Virus record (IMG/VR): IMGVR_UViG_3300045988_145590
Length of the DNA stretch: 38,758 bases
From: a virus
Reading direction: 5' to 3' (one strand)
This document shows, in pieces, positions 13,480 through 22,038 of the stretch; position 1 is the stretch's first letter; every line of letters begins with the position of its first letter. A program made the translations under genes and the position numbers. A model generated the notes under the pieces. The model had not been told where the DNA came from. It did no database searches and saw nothing but the letters and a program-made list of their open reading frames with translations.

Positions 13480-13926
13480 ATGAAAATATTAAAAAATAAA
13501 ACAATAGAAATGACAGAAGAACAGTATGATAGAAATATCGCAAAAATAGAACAGTATTTGCAAAAAAATAAGATTGCAAGAAGAACTCTTTCGAGGTGTA
13601 TAAACTTTGGGAACAACACGATAAGTGACATGTTAACAAGGAGAAGAATGGGATGTATAGAAATTTGGGAGCAGCTAGAAGAAGTTATGGGATGCAAATT
13701 TGAATATACATCCGTTAGAGATAGTGAGAAGGGCGAAAAAAATAAAATAATGCTTCCAGACTATATAGAAAAACAGTTATCATTTACTAAAAATACATTC
13801 ATTTCAAAAAAGGTTGTTAAGAAATATGGAAAAAAAGCAATTATTAACGAATTAAAAAAGCATGGATTTAATGTAATACTGTACAAGACAGAGTTCGACA
13901 ATTATATATTGGAGATAAAAGAATGA
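13480..13926 (+). CDS. hypothetical protein, possible HTH, 148 aa
   Basis: AGGAGA RBS. The segment IARRTLSRCINFGNNTISDMLTRRR is HTH-like. Confidence 0.55.
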   Translation: MKILKNKTIEMTEEQYDRNIAKIEQYLQKNKIARRTLSRCINFGNNTISDMLTRRRMGCIEIWEQLEEVMGCKFEYTSVRDSEKGEKNKIMLPDYIEKQLSFTKNTFISKKVVKKYGKKAIINELKKHGFNVILYKTEFDNYILEIKE

Positions 13927-13947
13927 GAAATAACGGAAAGGATAAAA

Positions 13948-14274
13948 ATGGAAGGAATAGAGATAGTAGAAAAGGTATTGGGAAATAGATCAGCATACGA
14001 AAAAACGGTTTATTTATTAAAATACTATAGAGATTTAAAGCAGGGAAAAAGAATTAATGAAAAATACAGAAGTGTGTTGTCATTGATGGATGAAACAATA
14101 AAAATGATTGAAGATGATGAATGTTTTGGTGTTATAGAGGGGTTATATATTGACGGTTTAACATATGAAGAAGTAGCAGAAAAGTTAAAAATGGATAAAA
14201 GAACAGTATATAGACAACGTAGAAGGCTAATACGGAGAATATCAGTGATTTTATATGGAGATAGGGCTTTATGA
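13948..14274 (+). CDS. late transcriptional activator, sigma-70 region-4-like HTH (ArpU/RinA-type position)
   Basis: GLTYEEVAEKLKMDKRTVYRQRRRLIRRI. It is the last gene before the late operon. Confidence 0.6.
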   Translation: MEGIEIVEKVLGNRSAYEKTVYLLKYYRDLKQGKRINEKYRSVLSLMDETIKMIEDDECFGVIEGLYIDGLTYEEVAEKLKMDKRTVYRQRRRLIRRISVILYGDRAL

Positions 14275-14296
14275 AAGATAAGGCTCTTTTTTTATG

Positions 14297-14351
14297 TGTC
14301 AAAAACGTGTCAAAAAAATGTCAAAAATATGTCAAAAAAGTGTCAAAAATA
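14297..14351. repeat. five tandem 11-bp repeats TGTCAAAAANN
   Basis: Copies start at 14297, 14308, 14319, 14330 and 14341, with an exact 11-bp period. Confidence 0.95.
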
Positions 14352-14412
14352 TGCCCATGAAAAAAATTAAAAGCGAAGTTATGATTTTAGCAGAGAAAAG
14401 GAGGAATTTTAT

Positions 14413-14706
14413 ATGGAAATTCAAGAAACTATTACAGAATTTATAAAACCAGAATTATTAGTGCTTATTCCGGTTTTATTTTTTATTGGTGTTGCAATTG
14501 TAAAAAGCAATACTGAAAACAAGTTTATTCCGTTTATTCTGATGGGAACCGGTATAGCATTAAGTGGCTTGTGGGTGTTTGCAACAAGCGAGATAGCAAC
14601 TTCTAAAGATATTGCATTAGCTATATTTACAGCGATTGTACAGGGAATATTAGTAGCTTCCGGTGCGGTATTAGTGAATGAAACAGCGAAACAGGTGAAA
14701 AAGTAA
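14413..14706 (+). CDS. holin-like membrane protein, 97 aa
   Basis: Three hydrophobic segments and a charged C-terminus. It lies immediately upstream of the endolysin cassette. Confidence 0.65.
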   Translation: MEIQETITEFIKPELLVLIPVLFFIGVAIVKSNTENKFIPFILMGTGIALSGLWVFATSEIATSKDIALAIFTAIVQGILVASGAVLVNETAKQVKK

Positions 14707-15012
14707 ATGGACTATTATGCAATTGTAGGAATGGTTGTGATTGCTTTTATTGCATTGTTTGGCTTTCTTCATTCTTTTAAAAAGAGTATCGAGGATGAAA
14801 AAAAGCCAATGCAGGAATTGAACAACAGCATCATCCGTTTAAATGTGAATTTTGAAAATATGCTAAAAAATGACCAGATACGAGATAATCGGATAAGAAT
14901 TCATGGGAAAGAAATAGATGAATTAGATGATCGTTTAAATGAAGTTGAACATGAGCAGTCAAATCACGAAACAAGAATTTCAAGTCTTGAAAGATGGAGG
15001 GAAAAACAATGA
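14707..15012 (+). CDS. N-terminal TM plus coiled-coil protein (holin-associated / XhlA-like?)
   Basis: TM segment YAIVGMVVIAFIALFGFL, then a coiled coil. It lies between the holin and the lysin. Confidence 0.5.
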   Translation: MDYYAIVGMVVIAFIALFGFLHSFKKSIEDEKKPMQELNNSIIRLNVNFENMLKNDQIRDNRIRIHGKEIDELDDRLNEVEHEQSNHETRISSLERWREKQ

Positions 15013-16049
15013 AGTTATTTGGTATTGATATTTCGGAACATAACGGAAATGTTGACATGAAGAAAATCAAAAACAGCGGAGTTAAATTTGCAATCATCCG
15101 TGCATCATGGGGACATTTTCAAGAAGATAAACAATTAAGAAATAATGTAAAAAAATGCAACGATGTTGGGATGAATTATGGATTGTATCACTATTCATAC
15201 GCACGCAATGATGCAGAAGCAAAACAGGAAGCAGAAAACTTTTTGGCATTAGCTAAACAATTCAGTGGGCGCAGCTATCCACTAGTATTAGATATGGAAG
15301 ATGCTGATGGCTGGAAAAAAGAGCAGGGTGTTTCAATGGAACAGGAAGTGCGCACAATCCGTATATGGAAAGAAATTATTGAAGGTGCAGGGCAATATTT
15401 AATGCTTTACTGCAACAAAGATTGGTGGAATAAATTGCGTGCTATTGATGCAAAACTGATTGATAGCATTGACTTATGGCTGGCGCATTGGGGCATTTCT
15501 GAACCATCTGTGAATTGTGGGATTTGGCAATATTCAAGTGACGGAAAAGTTAACGGATCAAGCGTCAGAACAGACGTTAATTATGCGTATAAAGATTATC
15601 CATCATTAATAAAGGGAAGTTCATCAAAACCATCTGAACCAGCTAAACCTAGCAAGCCATCAAAGCCTAACACCAAGTACAAAGTTGGTGATACAGTCAA
15701 TATTAATGGTATTTATGTATCAAAAGATTCAAAAGAAAAATTGAAGCCAGCAGTTTCAAGTGGAAAAATCACAAAAATTTATGCAGGTTCACACAATCCT
15801 TATTTAATTGGAAATGGTACAGGATTTGTAAACGATGATTGCATTACAGGTAAAAAAGGAAGCACTTCATCAAAAACATTAAAAGTTGGTATGAAAGCTA
15901 AACCAAAAAAAGCAGTATCTTATGACGGTGTCAAACTAGATTCTTTTGTTACAAAAAAATATTTTAAAGTTATTGAGGTTGAAAAAAAACGTGTAGTACT
16001 TGGAGACGGTATAAATACTGCTTTCAATATTGATAATTTGATTTATTAA
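15009..16049 (+). CDS. endolysin: GH25 muramidase plus two SH3-like cell-wall-binding repeats
   Basis: KLFGIDISEHNG.. is a GH25 N-terminus. A PSKPSEPAKPSKPSKP linker is followed by two repeats (KVGDTV.. and KVGMKA..). Start refined to ATG 15009 behind GGAGGG. Confidence 0.9.
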   Translation: MKLFGIDISEHNGNVDMKKIKNSGVKFAIIRASWGHFQEDKQLRNNVKKCNDVGMNYGLYHYSYARNDAEAKQEAENFLALAKQFSGRSYPLVLDMEDADGWKKEQGVSMEQEVRTIRIWKEIIEGAGQYLMLYCNKDWWNKLRAIDAKLIDSIDLWLAHWGISEPSVNCGIWQYSSDGKVNGSSVRTDVNYAYKDYPSLIKGSSSKPSEPAKPSKPSKPNTKYKVGDTVNINGIYVSKDSKEKLKPAVSSGKITKIYAGSHNPYLIGNGTGFVNDDCITGKKGSTSSKTLKVGMKAKPKKAVSYDGVKLDSFVTKKYFKVIEVEKKRVVLGDGINTAFNIDNLIY

Positions 16050-16061
16050 GAAGTGGTTTAA

Positions 16062-16553
16062 ATGTCAAAAAAAGCAGGTCGTAAAAGTGCTTATGAACAA
16101 AAAATAAAACCAAGATTAAGCGAAATAAAAAAATGGCTTGAAAAAGGTGCTACAGAAAAGTCAATTGCGAAGAAATTGGGGATTTCCTATTCAACATTCA
16201 ATAAATACAAAGTTGAAAAAACGGAATTTGCGGAACTTTGTAAAAATAGAGGAAAATGCGTTGATGATATTGAAAATTCAATGTTTGAAGCTGCAATTGG
16301 TGGGAAACAAACTTTAAAAAAAGTTATGAAAGTAAAGCATGTAGAATATGAAAACGGAAAACGTTTAAAAGAATACGAAACGCTTGAACCATATGAAGAA
16401 GAGGTTTATTTTCCACCTAATACAACCGCTGGTATTTATTTATTAAAGCATTGGGGCAAAGACAAAGGCTATACGAATGATCCTGCTACACTTCGTTTAA
16501 AACGTGAAGAATTTGAACATAAGAAAGAAATTGATGAAATGAATAATTGGTAA
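16062..16553 (+). CDS. orphan TerS-like protein (HTH plus AGIYLLKHWG motif)
   Basis: N-terminal HTH KSIAKKLGISYSTFNKYK and C-terminal PNTTAGIYLLKHWGKDKGY resemble pac-type small terminases. No TerL gene follows it. Confidence 0.5.
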   Translation: MSKKAGRKSAYEQKIKPRLSEIKKWLEKGATEKSIAKKLGISYSTFNKYKVEKTEFAELCKNRGKCVDDIENSMFEAAIGGKQTLKKVMKVKHVEYENGKRLKEYETLEPYEEEVYFPPNTTAGIYLLKHWGKDKGYTNDPATLRLKREEFEHKKEIDEMNNW

Positions 16554-16565
16554 GGCGGTGATGCA

Positions 16566-19500
16566 ATGAGAAGTATATGTAACATTGATTTCAAAAATAA
16601 TGTGGCATGGGGTTCATCTGCATCTGCTCAAAGCATTAACGAAATATTATTAAGCATCTATCCTACCGAAAACATGAAGAGTAACCTACGCATTGAAATC
16701 ACGGATACCAAGGGAAAAGTTATAACAGAATCTGTTGAACGTGAGAGAAATGGTTTAATCAATCATACCCTCTCTTCCCTTTATTATTTAACAGCAGGAA
16801 CATTTAAGTTACGCTTGTTGTCAGACGAAGAGAACAGCTCTTATGTCTTGTATAAAACACTTGAAAACCTTACTGATGGTGATGATATTGTATGCAAGTA
16901 TCGTTTTGCTACACAGACATTTGAGGTTTATAAAATCGTGATTGAATCTAGTGCTGGCAGTGATTATGATGATAAACCGCTATGGGATGCAGTTGAAGAA
17001 ATTAGGGTTAAATACTTAACTGTTGATGCGTTTAATGCTGAAAAAGCAACCATCTATAATCTGATTGCTGAAAAAGCAAATATTACAGACTTAACAGCGA
17101 TTAATGCTGAAATTGAAAACTTAAAAGCTAACAAAGCTGATATAGGAGAATTAAATGCAGAGATTGCAAAGGTAAATGAACTGATTGCGAAAAAAGCAAA
17201 TGTTGATGATTTACATGCGATAGAAGCAACAATTGAACAGTTAAATGTTCATATTGCCAACATTGATAAAGCTATTATTGATGTAGCACATATCAGTGAT
17301 TTAGAAGCAATCAATGCTAAAATCGAAAGTATTGAAGCAGGAAACATTAATACAGAAGCATTAGAAGCACATTTTGCACGAATAGACTTGGCTAATATCA
17401 AAGATGGATGTATTACAACCGCAATGATTGGTGAAGGTGTTATAGAATCTGCACAGATTGCTGATGGTTCTATAACAGATGCGAAGATTGTCACATTAAC
17501 AGCTAACAAATTAACAGCTGGGCGTATTGATGCATCTGATATTGAGGTAGTCAATTTGAATTGCGCTAATTTAACAGTTGGAACAATCAACGGACATCAG
17601 ATAACAAATGGTGCTATTGATTGGGATAAGCTAGCAAGTCAAGTTGGTGATACGATAAATAACGCAGACGAAAACGCATCGCAGGCGTTGGATGATGCGT
17701 TGAAAGCATATCAGGAAGCACAGAAAGCAAACAGTGCAGCAGGAACGGCACAAAGCACTGCAAATGGTAAGAATACAGTTATTTATGCATCCGCACAACC
17801 TAGCACATCTGGAAGAAAAACAAATGATGTTTGGTTTGATACTGATGATAGTTATAAGATGTATTACTTCAATGGCACAGCATGGGTAGCTGCTCAATTT
17901 GGAACAAATGCAATCAAGAATGCAAGTATCACAACCGCATTGATTGCAGATGCAGCTATAAACAATGCTAAGATTGCAAATCTTGATGCTGGTAAGATTA
18001 CATCTGGTTATATTTCATCAGATAGAATCCAAGCAGGTAGTATCGTTATAGGTAAACTTGACGATGCAACAAAGAAAACAATTACAGATGCAAATAGCAA
18101 TGCTTCAAAAGCGTTAAGTGATGCAGCTGCTGCAAGTTCAAAAGCTGGAAATGCACAAAGTACAGCAAATAGTGCGTTAAGCAAGGCAAACAATGCGCAA
18201 AGCACTATTGACAATATGGAAGTTGGCGGAAGGAATTTATTACTTAAAACAAAAGAATATATACCAGCTAGCAATACTAATTTGTCAGGAAGCATGGCTA
18301 GCAACGGACAATTTGAAATAGCAAAAGATAAATTTCAAGACTTCACAGTACGATTTTTAAATTCTGTCCCTCAACCAGTTAACGGTAGTGGAAAAGCTGT
18401 ATCTGAACATAGAATAAAAAATTTTAATTACAAAGAAATATATACATTTTCTTTTTGGGCTAAGGGAACTTTAAATGCTTTATGTTGTTTCTTTTACGGA
18501 GCAAAAACTGGATATGTTAAAGCGAGAGTATTAGCTACTAGCACTGGTTATTCTAATGCTACATTCGGAAACGGTAGAGCACCATTAAAAATTGCTACTA
18601 ATTCATGGAAAAAATATTGGGTTACATGGGAATTAGGTAGTAGTGGAGATTTAAGTATTGATAAATTAGCGCTTATTCGTACCGATACCGGTACAAATCA
18701 AGGTAGTCTAATGGTATGTGGCGTTAAACTTGAAAAAGGAAATAAAGCTACAGACTGGACACCAGCGCCAGAAGATGTAGATCAGAAAATTTCTGATACC
18801 GATGCTAGAATTACAGAAGTAGACAGATATATAGCAAACTGGTGTTATAACAACGATAAAACATATATCAACGGTGGAAAGATATATACAGGCACAGTAA
18901 ATGCGTCACAAATAGCAGCTAATGCAATCATAGCCGGCAAGATAGCAGCTAATGCAGTAACAACTGCTAACTTACAAGCTGATTGTGTAAATGCAGATAA
19001 GATAGCTGCTAAAGCAATTAACGCAGAACATATCAATGGTGCAATTATCACAAGTGATAAGATTGTAGCTGGTGCGATCACAGGCGATAAGATAGCAGCC
19101 AGAACGATAGATGCCACAAAGATAGTAGCAAATACGATAACTGCCGCTGAAATCAAAGCAGGAACTATCACAGGAGATAAAATAGCAGCAGGAACGATTG
19201 ATGCATCTAAGATTAAAGCAGGAACGATTACAGCTACACAGATAGCAGCAAATGCAATAACATCTGAAAAGATTACAGCTGATGCAATAACTTCTGCGAA
19301 AATAAAAACGGATGCAATCAAATCAAGAAACTATGTAGCTGGTTCTGTTGGCTCTTTCTTGAATTTAGCAGATGGTACATTTACAAGCAAAAATTTGAAA
19401 TGGACAGCAGATGGAAGTATTACAGCAAGTAATGTAAATCTAACAGGCGCAATAACCGCAACAGGTGGAAAAATTGCAGGATGGAGCATAGGCAATTCAA

Positions 19501-20630
19501 CTATATCTAAACAAAGTGGAGATTTTTATGTTGTATTGAGTTCAAGTTTAACCAGTAATGGAGATGTACTTGTTGTAAGAAAAGGAACATCATCATACAC
19601 ATATCCGTTCTGTGTACGAAACGATGGAACGTTATATGCATCAAATGCAACAATCACAGGAAAAATATCTGGTTCAAGTATTTCAGGTGGAACTATATCT
19701 GGTGCATCTATTACAGGCGGAAGTATTACATCAGGTACATCAATAAATGTTACAACTGATTTAAAAGTAGGTAACAACATTTATTTGAATCAAGGGATAA
19801 ACTCAATAAAACAAATTGTTTTTGCAAGTGGAAATATGATTATGAATACATGGACAAATAGTTATAACTATTTAAGTGTGCGTTCTGATTATAGATGTGC
19901 ACTGGTTTCTGGCAATGCGCAAATAGCGGCGGTTGGAAATACTGGCGAAGTAGAGATAAATGTAAACGGCAATGGCACATGGATAGGTGATAAGTATTCG
20001 GCAGGTGGATGGCTTGGTTTTTACAATTGGGCACACGGCACTCGTAAAGGTTGGTTTGGTCATGATGGAGGAACAAGTTTTAATTGGTGGAATGAATCGA
20101 ATGGAACAAATGGTGTGTTTTTAGATGCTACAGCAAATGGTAATTGGACACATGGTAGATTTTGCCCATCGTTTGGTGGAATGGCGCTAGGTTCATCAAA
20201 CAATAGATGGTATAGGTTATATGCTTCAAATGGAAGTGATACATCATCAGATATTCGATTAAAAACAAACATAAAAAAGTATGATGAACGTTATGAACGA
20301 ATGTATATGGAGTTAAAGCCTGTTACCTATGAGTTAAAAGAAAATCTAGGACAGACACAATGCGGATTGATTGCACAATGGGTATATGATGCAATGATAA
20401 ACAATGGCATCGAAGAAAATGAATTTGGCGCATATAATCATCGTTTGGAAGATGATAGTTATGGTCTAGTATACGAGCAGTTTACATCACTTAATATGCA
20501 CATGATTCAAAAGACTATTAAGCGAGTAGATACACACGATGATGAAATAGCTAGATTAAAAGAAAGAGTTACAGAATTACAATCAAAATTAAATGCCTAT
20601 ATATTAGGAGAAATGGAGATAAGAACATGA
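16566..20630 (+). CDS. tail fibre / receptor-binding protein, 1354 aa, with C-terminal S74 intramolecular-chaperone domain
   Basis: Coiled-coil and 10-residue xAxxIxxxKI repeats, a central globular domain, and SSDIRLKTNIKKY..LKPVTYELK.. (S74-type autoproteolytic chaperone) from about 20247. Confidence 0.85.
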   Translation: MRSICNIDFKNNVAWGSSASAQSINEILLSIYPTENMKSNLRIEITDTKGKVITESVERERNGLINHTLSSLYYLTAGTFKLRLLSDEENSSYVLYKTLENLTDGDDIVCKYRFATQTFEVYKIVIESSAGSDYDDKPLWDAVEEIRVKYLTVDAFNAEKATIYNLIAEKANITDLTAINAEIENLKANKADIGELNAEIAKVNELIAKKANVDDLHAIEATIEQLNVHIANIDKAIIDVAHISDLEAINAKIESIEAGNINTEALEAHFARIDLANIKDGCITTAMIGEGVIESAQIADGSITDAKIVTLTANKLTAGRIDASDIEVVNLNCANLTVGTINGHQITNGAIDWDKLASQVGDTINNADENASQALDDALKAYQEAQKANSAAGTAQSTANGKNTVIYASAQPSTSGRKTNDVWFDTDDSYKMYYFNGTAWVAAQFGTNAIKNASITTALIADAAINNAKIANLDAGKITSGYISSDRIQAGSIVIGKLDDATKKTITDANSNASKALSDAAAASSKAGNAQSTANSALSKANNAQSTIDNMEVGGRNLLLKTKEYIPASNTNLSGSMASNGQFEIAKDKFQDFTVRFLNSVPQPVNGSGKAVSEHRIKNFNYKEIYTFSFWAKGTLNALCCFFYGAKTGYVKARVLATSTGYSNATFGNGRAPLKIATNSWKKYWVTWELGSSGDLSIDKLALIRTDTGTNQGSLMVCGVKLEKGNKATDWTPAPEDVDQKISDTDARITEVDRYIANWCYNNDKTYINGGKIYTGTVNASQIAANAIIAGKIAANAVTTANLQADCVNADKIAAKAINAEHINGAIITSDKIVAGAITGDKIAARTIDATKIVANTITAAEIKAGTITGDKIAAGTIDASKIKAGTITATQIAANAITSEKITADAITSAKIKTDAIKSRNYVAGSVGSFLNLADGTFTSKNLKWTADGSITASNVNLTGAITATGGKIAGWSIGNSTISKQSGDFYVVLSSSLTSNGDVLVVRKGTSSYTYPFCVRNDGTLYASNATITGKISGSSISGGTISGASITGGSITSGTSINVTTDLKVGNNIYLNQGINSIKQIVFASGNMIMNTWTNSYNYLSVRSDYRCALVSGNAQIAAVGNTGEVEINVNGNGTWIGDKYSAGGWLGFYNWAHGTRKGWFGHDGGTSFNWWNESNGTNGVFLDATANGNWTHGRFCPSFGGMALGSSNNRWYRLYASNGSDTSSDIRLKTNIKKYDERYERMYMELKPVTYELKENLGQTQCGLIAQWVYDAMINNGIEENEFGAYNHRLEDDSYGLVYEQFTSLNMHMIQKTIKRVDTHDDEIARLKERVTELQSKLNAYILGEMEIRT

Positions 20631-20887
20631 TTACAAGTGAAAAGAAAAAGCAGATTGTTTTAAAAAATTGTATCAAGGCAGATGATAAACCAGTTAAATA
20701 TCAGGAAATCACAATCAACAGTGAAAACCCAGAAGATATGACATTTACAGATTACTTTGCTAATGATGAAGCAAAAGCAACGTATAAAGAAAATCGTACA
20801 GAAATTAGAAAGCTGGAAGCAGCATTTGAAGATGAAGCTTATACAGAGCAAGAAGCATTGGCGAGTTATAAAACATTGGAGGAATAA
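20627..20887 (+). CDS. hypothetical protein, 86 aa
   Basis: The ATG overlaps the fibre stop codon (ATGA). Confidence 0.55.
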   Translation: MITSEKKKQIVLKNCIKADDKPVKYQEITINSENPEDMTFTDYFANDEAKATYKENRTEIRKLEAAFEDEAYTEQEALASYKTLEE

Positions 20888-20890
20888 AAC

Positions 20891-21244
20891 ATGAAGATTA
20901 CAAACGGAACTATATATGCAGCACAAAGCGCATTGGACAAGTTAAGCAATGCTGATTTACCAATTAAGACAGCATATGCAGTAAAAAAGAATGTAGATGC
21001 AATTAAAAAGCAAATTGCATTTATCAATGACAGAAGAAACGAATTGATTCGCAAATATGGGAAAGAAGATAAGATTGATACAGAAGATAAAGAAGCAGTT
21101 GCAAAATTCGTAAATGATTTTAATGAAGTGCTTGGCATTGAAGAAGAAATTGAAATCAACACAATTGATGTTGAACAATTAGAAGGTGTTAAGCTTTCTG
21201 CATCTGATCTTGATGCGTTGGCATTCATGCTATGTTTACATTAG
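20891..21244 (+). CDS. hypothetical protein, 117 aa
   Basis: GGAGGA RBS. Confidence 0.55.
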   Translation: MKITNGTIYAAQSALDKLSNADLPIKTAYAVKKNVDAIKKQIAFINDRRNELIRKYGKEDKIDTEDKEAVAKFVNDFNEVLGIEEEIEINTIDVEQLEGVKLSASDLDALAFMLCLH

Positions 21245-21903
21245 ATAACTTCTATAAATCAGATGAATGGCGCAATTTGCTGAATGTGTTGAAATCAGAG
21301 CGTGAGCGTGAAGGCGTTCTGTATTGTGAACATTGCGGTAAACCTATTATAAAGAAGTTTGATTGCATTGGTCATCATAAGCACGAACTAACAAACGCAA
21401 ACGTAAATGATTACAACATATCATTGAATCCAGATAACATCATGCTTATTCATCATAAATGTCACAACATTATCCATGAAAGATTTGGGCATGAGCAACC
21501 TAAGAAAGTTTATATTGTTTATGGCGCACCGTGTTCTGGTAAATTATCATGGGTAAAAGAGAATGCAGGCATAGATGATTTGATACTTGATATAGATTCG
21601 ATCTGGGAAATGATAAGCAACAATGATAGATATGTTAAGCGTGACAGATTAAAAGAGAATGTATTTGGCATTCGTGATTGTTTATTAGAACAAATAAAGA
21701 TGCGTAAAGGTAAATGGAAGAATGCATATGTCATTGGTGGTTATCCTATGAAGATGGAAAGAGAACGATTAGAGCAACGTTTGAATGCTGAAAGTATATT
21801 CATATCAGAAGATAAAGAAGTATGTTTAGAACGTGCGAAAGCAAGTAATAGAGTTGGATGGGATAAATACATCAATGAATGGTTTGATAGATATATGCCA
21901 TAG
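21232..21903 (+). CDS. HNH endonuclease fused to a P-loop NTPase/kinase-like domain
   Basis: CEHCGK..IGHHKHEL..LIHHKCHNIIHE (HNH) is followed by YIVYGAPCSGKLSW (Walker A). Confidence 0.8.
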   Translation: MFTLDNFYKSDEWRNLLNVLKSEREREGVLYCEHCGKPIIKKFDCIGHHKHELTNANVNDYNISLNPDNIMLIHHKCHNIIHERFGHEQPKKVYIVYGAPCSGKLSWVKENAGIDDLILDIDSIWEMISNNDRYVKRDRLKENVFGIRDCLLEQIKMRKGKWKNAYVIGGYPMKMERERLEQRLNAESIFISEDKEVCLERAKASNRVGWDKYINEWFDRYMP

Positions 21904-22035
21904 CCCCCCCCATTGATTGTGAAAACAATTCATCAAGGGAACAGCAAAGGGTGGGTACTTTGCAGACAAAACGAAAAATTGAAATTTTTCAAAATAAAAT
22001 TTGAAGTTGTTTAAAATATTTCAAAAGGTGGTGAT
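21904..22035. other. putative cos / packaging-initiation region
   Basis: This is the only intergenic gap between the HNH and terS genes. It contains a C8 tract (21904-21911) and a GC-rich hairpin GCAAAG..CTTTGC (21944-21963) in an AT-rich genome. Confidence 0.35.
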
Positions 22036-22038
22036 TTG

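Noticed and set aside
14297-14351. The tandem repeats considered as a CRISPR or mini-CRISPR array.
   Set aside because: The unit is only 11 bp with no spacers. It fits a phased protein-binding or A-tract array, not CRISPR.
17249-19780. Long minus-strand ORFs (113, 88, 98, 158 and 84 aa) inside the tail fibre gene.
   Set aside because: They lie antisense to an Ala/Ile-rich repetitive coding region that happens to lack stop codons on the other strand. Their sequences are hydrophobic and low-complexity, and they have no RBS.
16566-20630. A diversity-generating retroelement or invertible (shufflon-type) fibre cassette.
   Set aside because: There is no reverse transcriptase anywhere in the window. 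I noticed no template-repeat copy and no inverted partial fibre gene copies.
20660-21228. Minus-strand ORFs (88, 120 and 73 aa) opposite the 86-aa and 117-aa genes.
   Set aside because: They are mutually overlapping antisense frames without translation signals. The + strand genes have RBSs and operon-style coupling.
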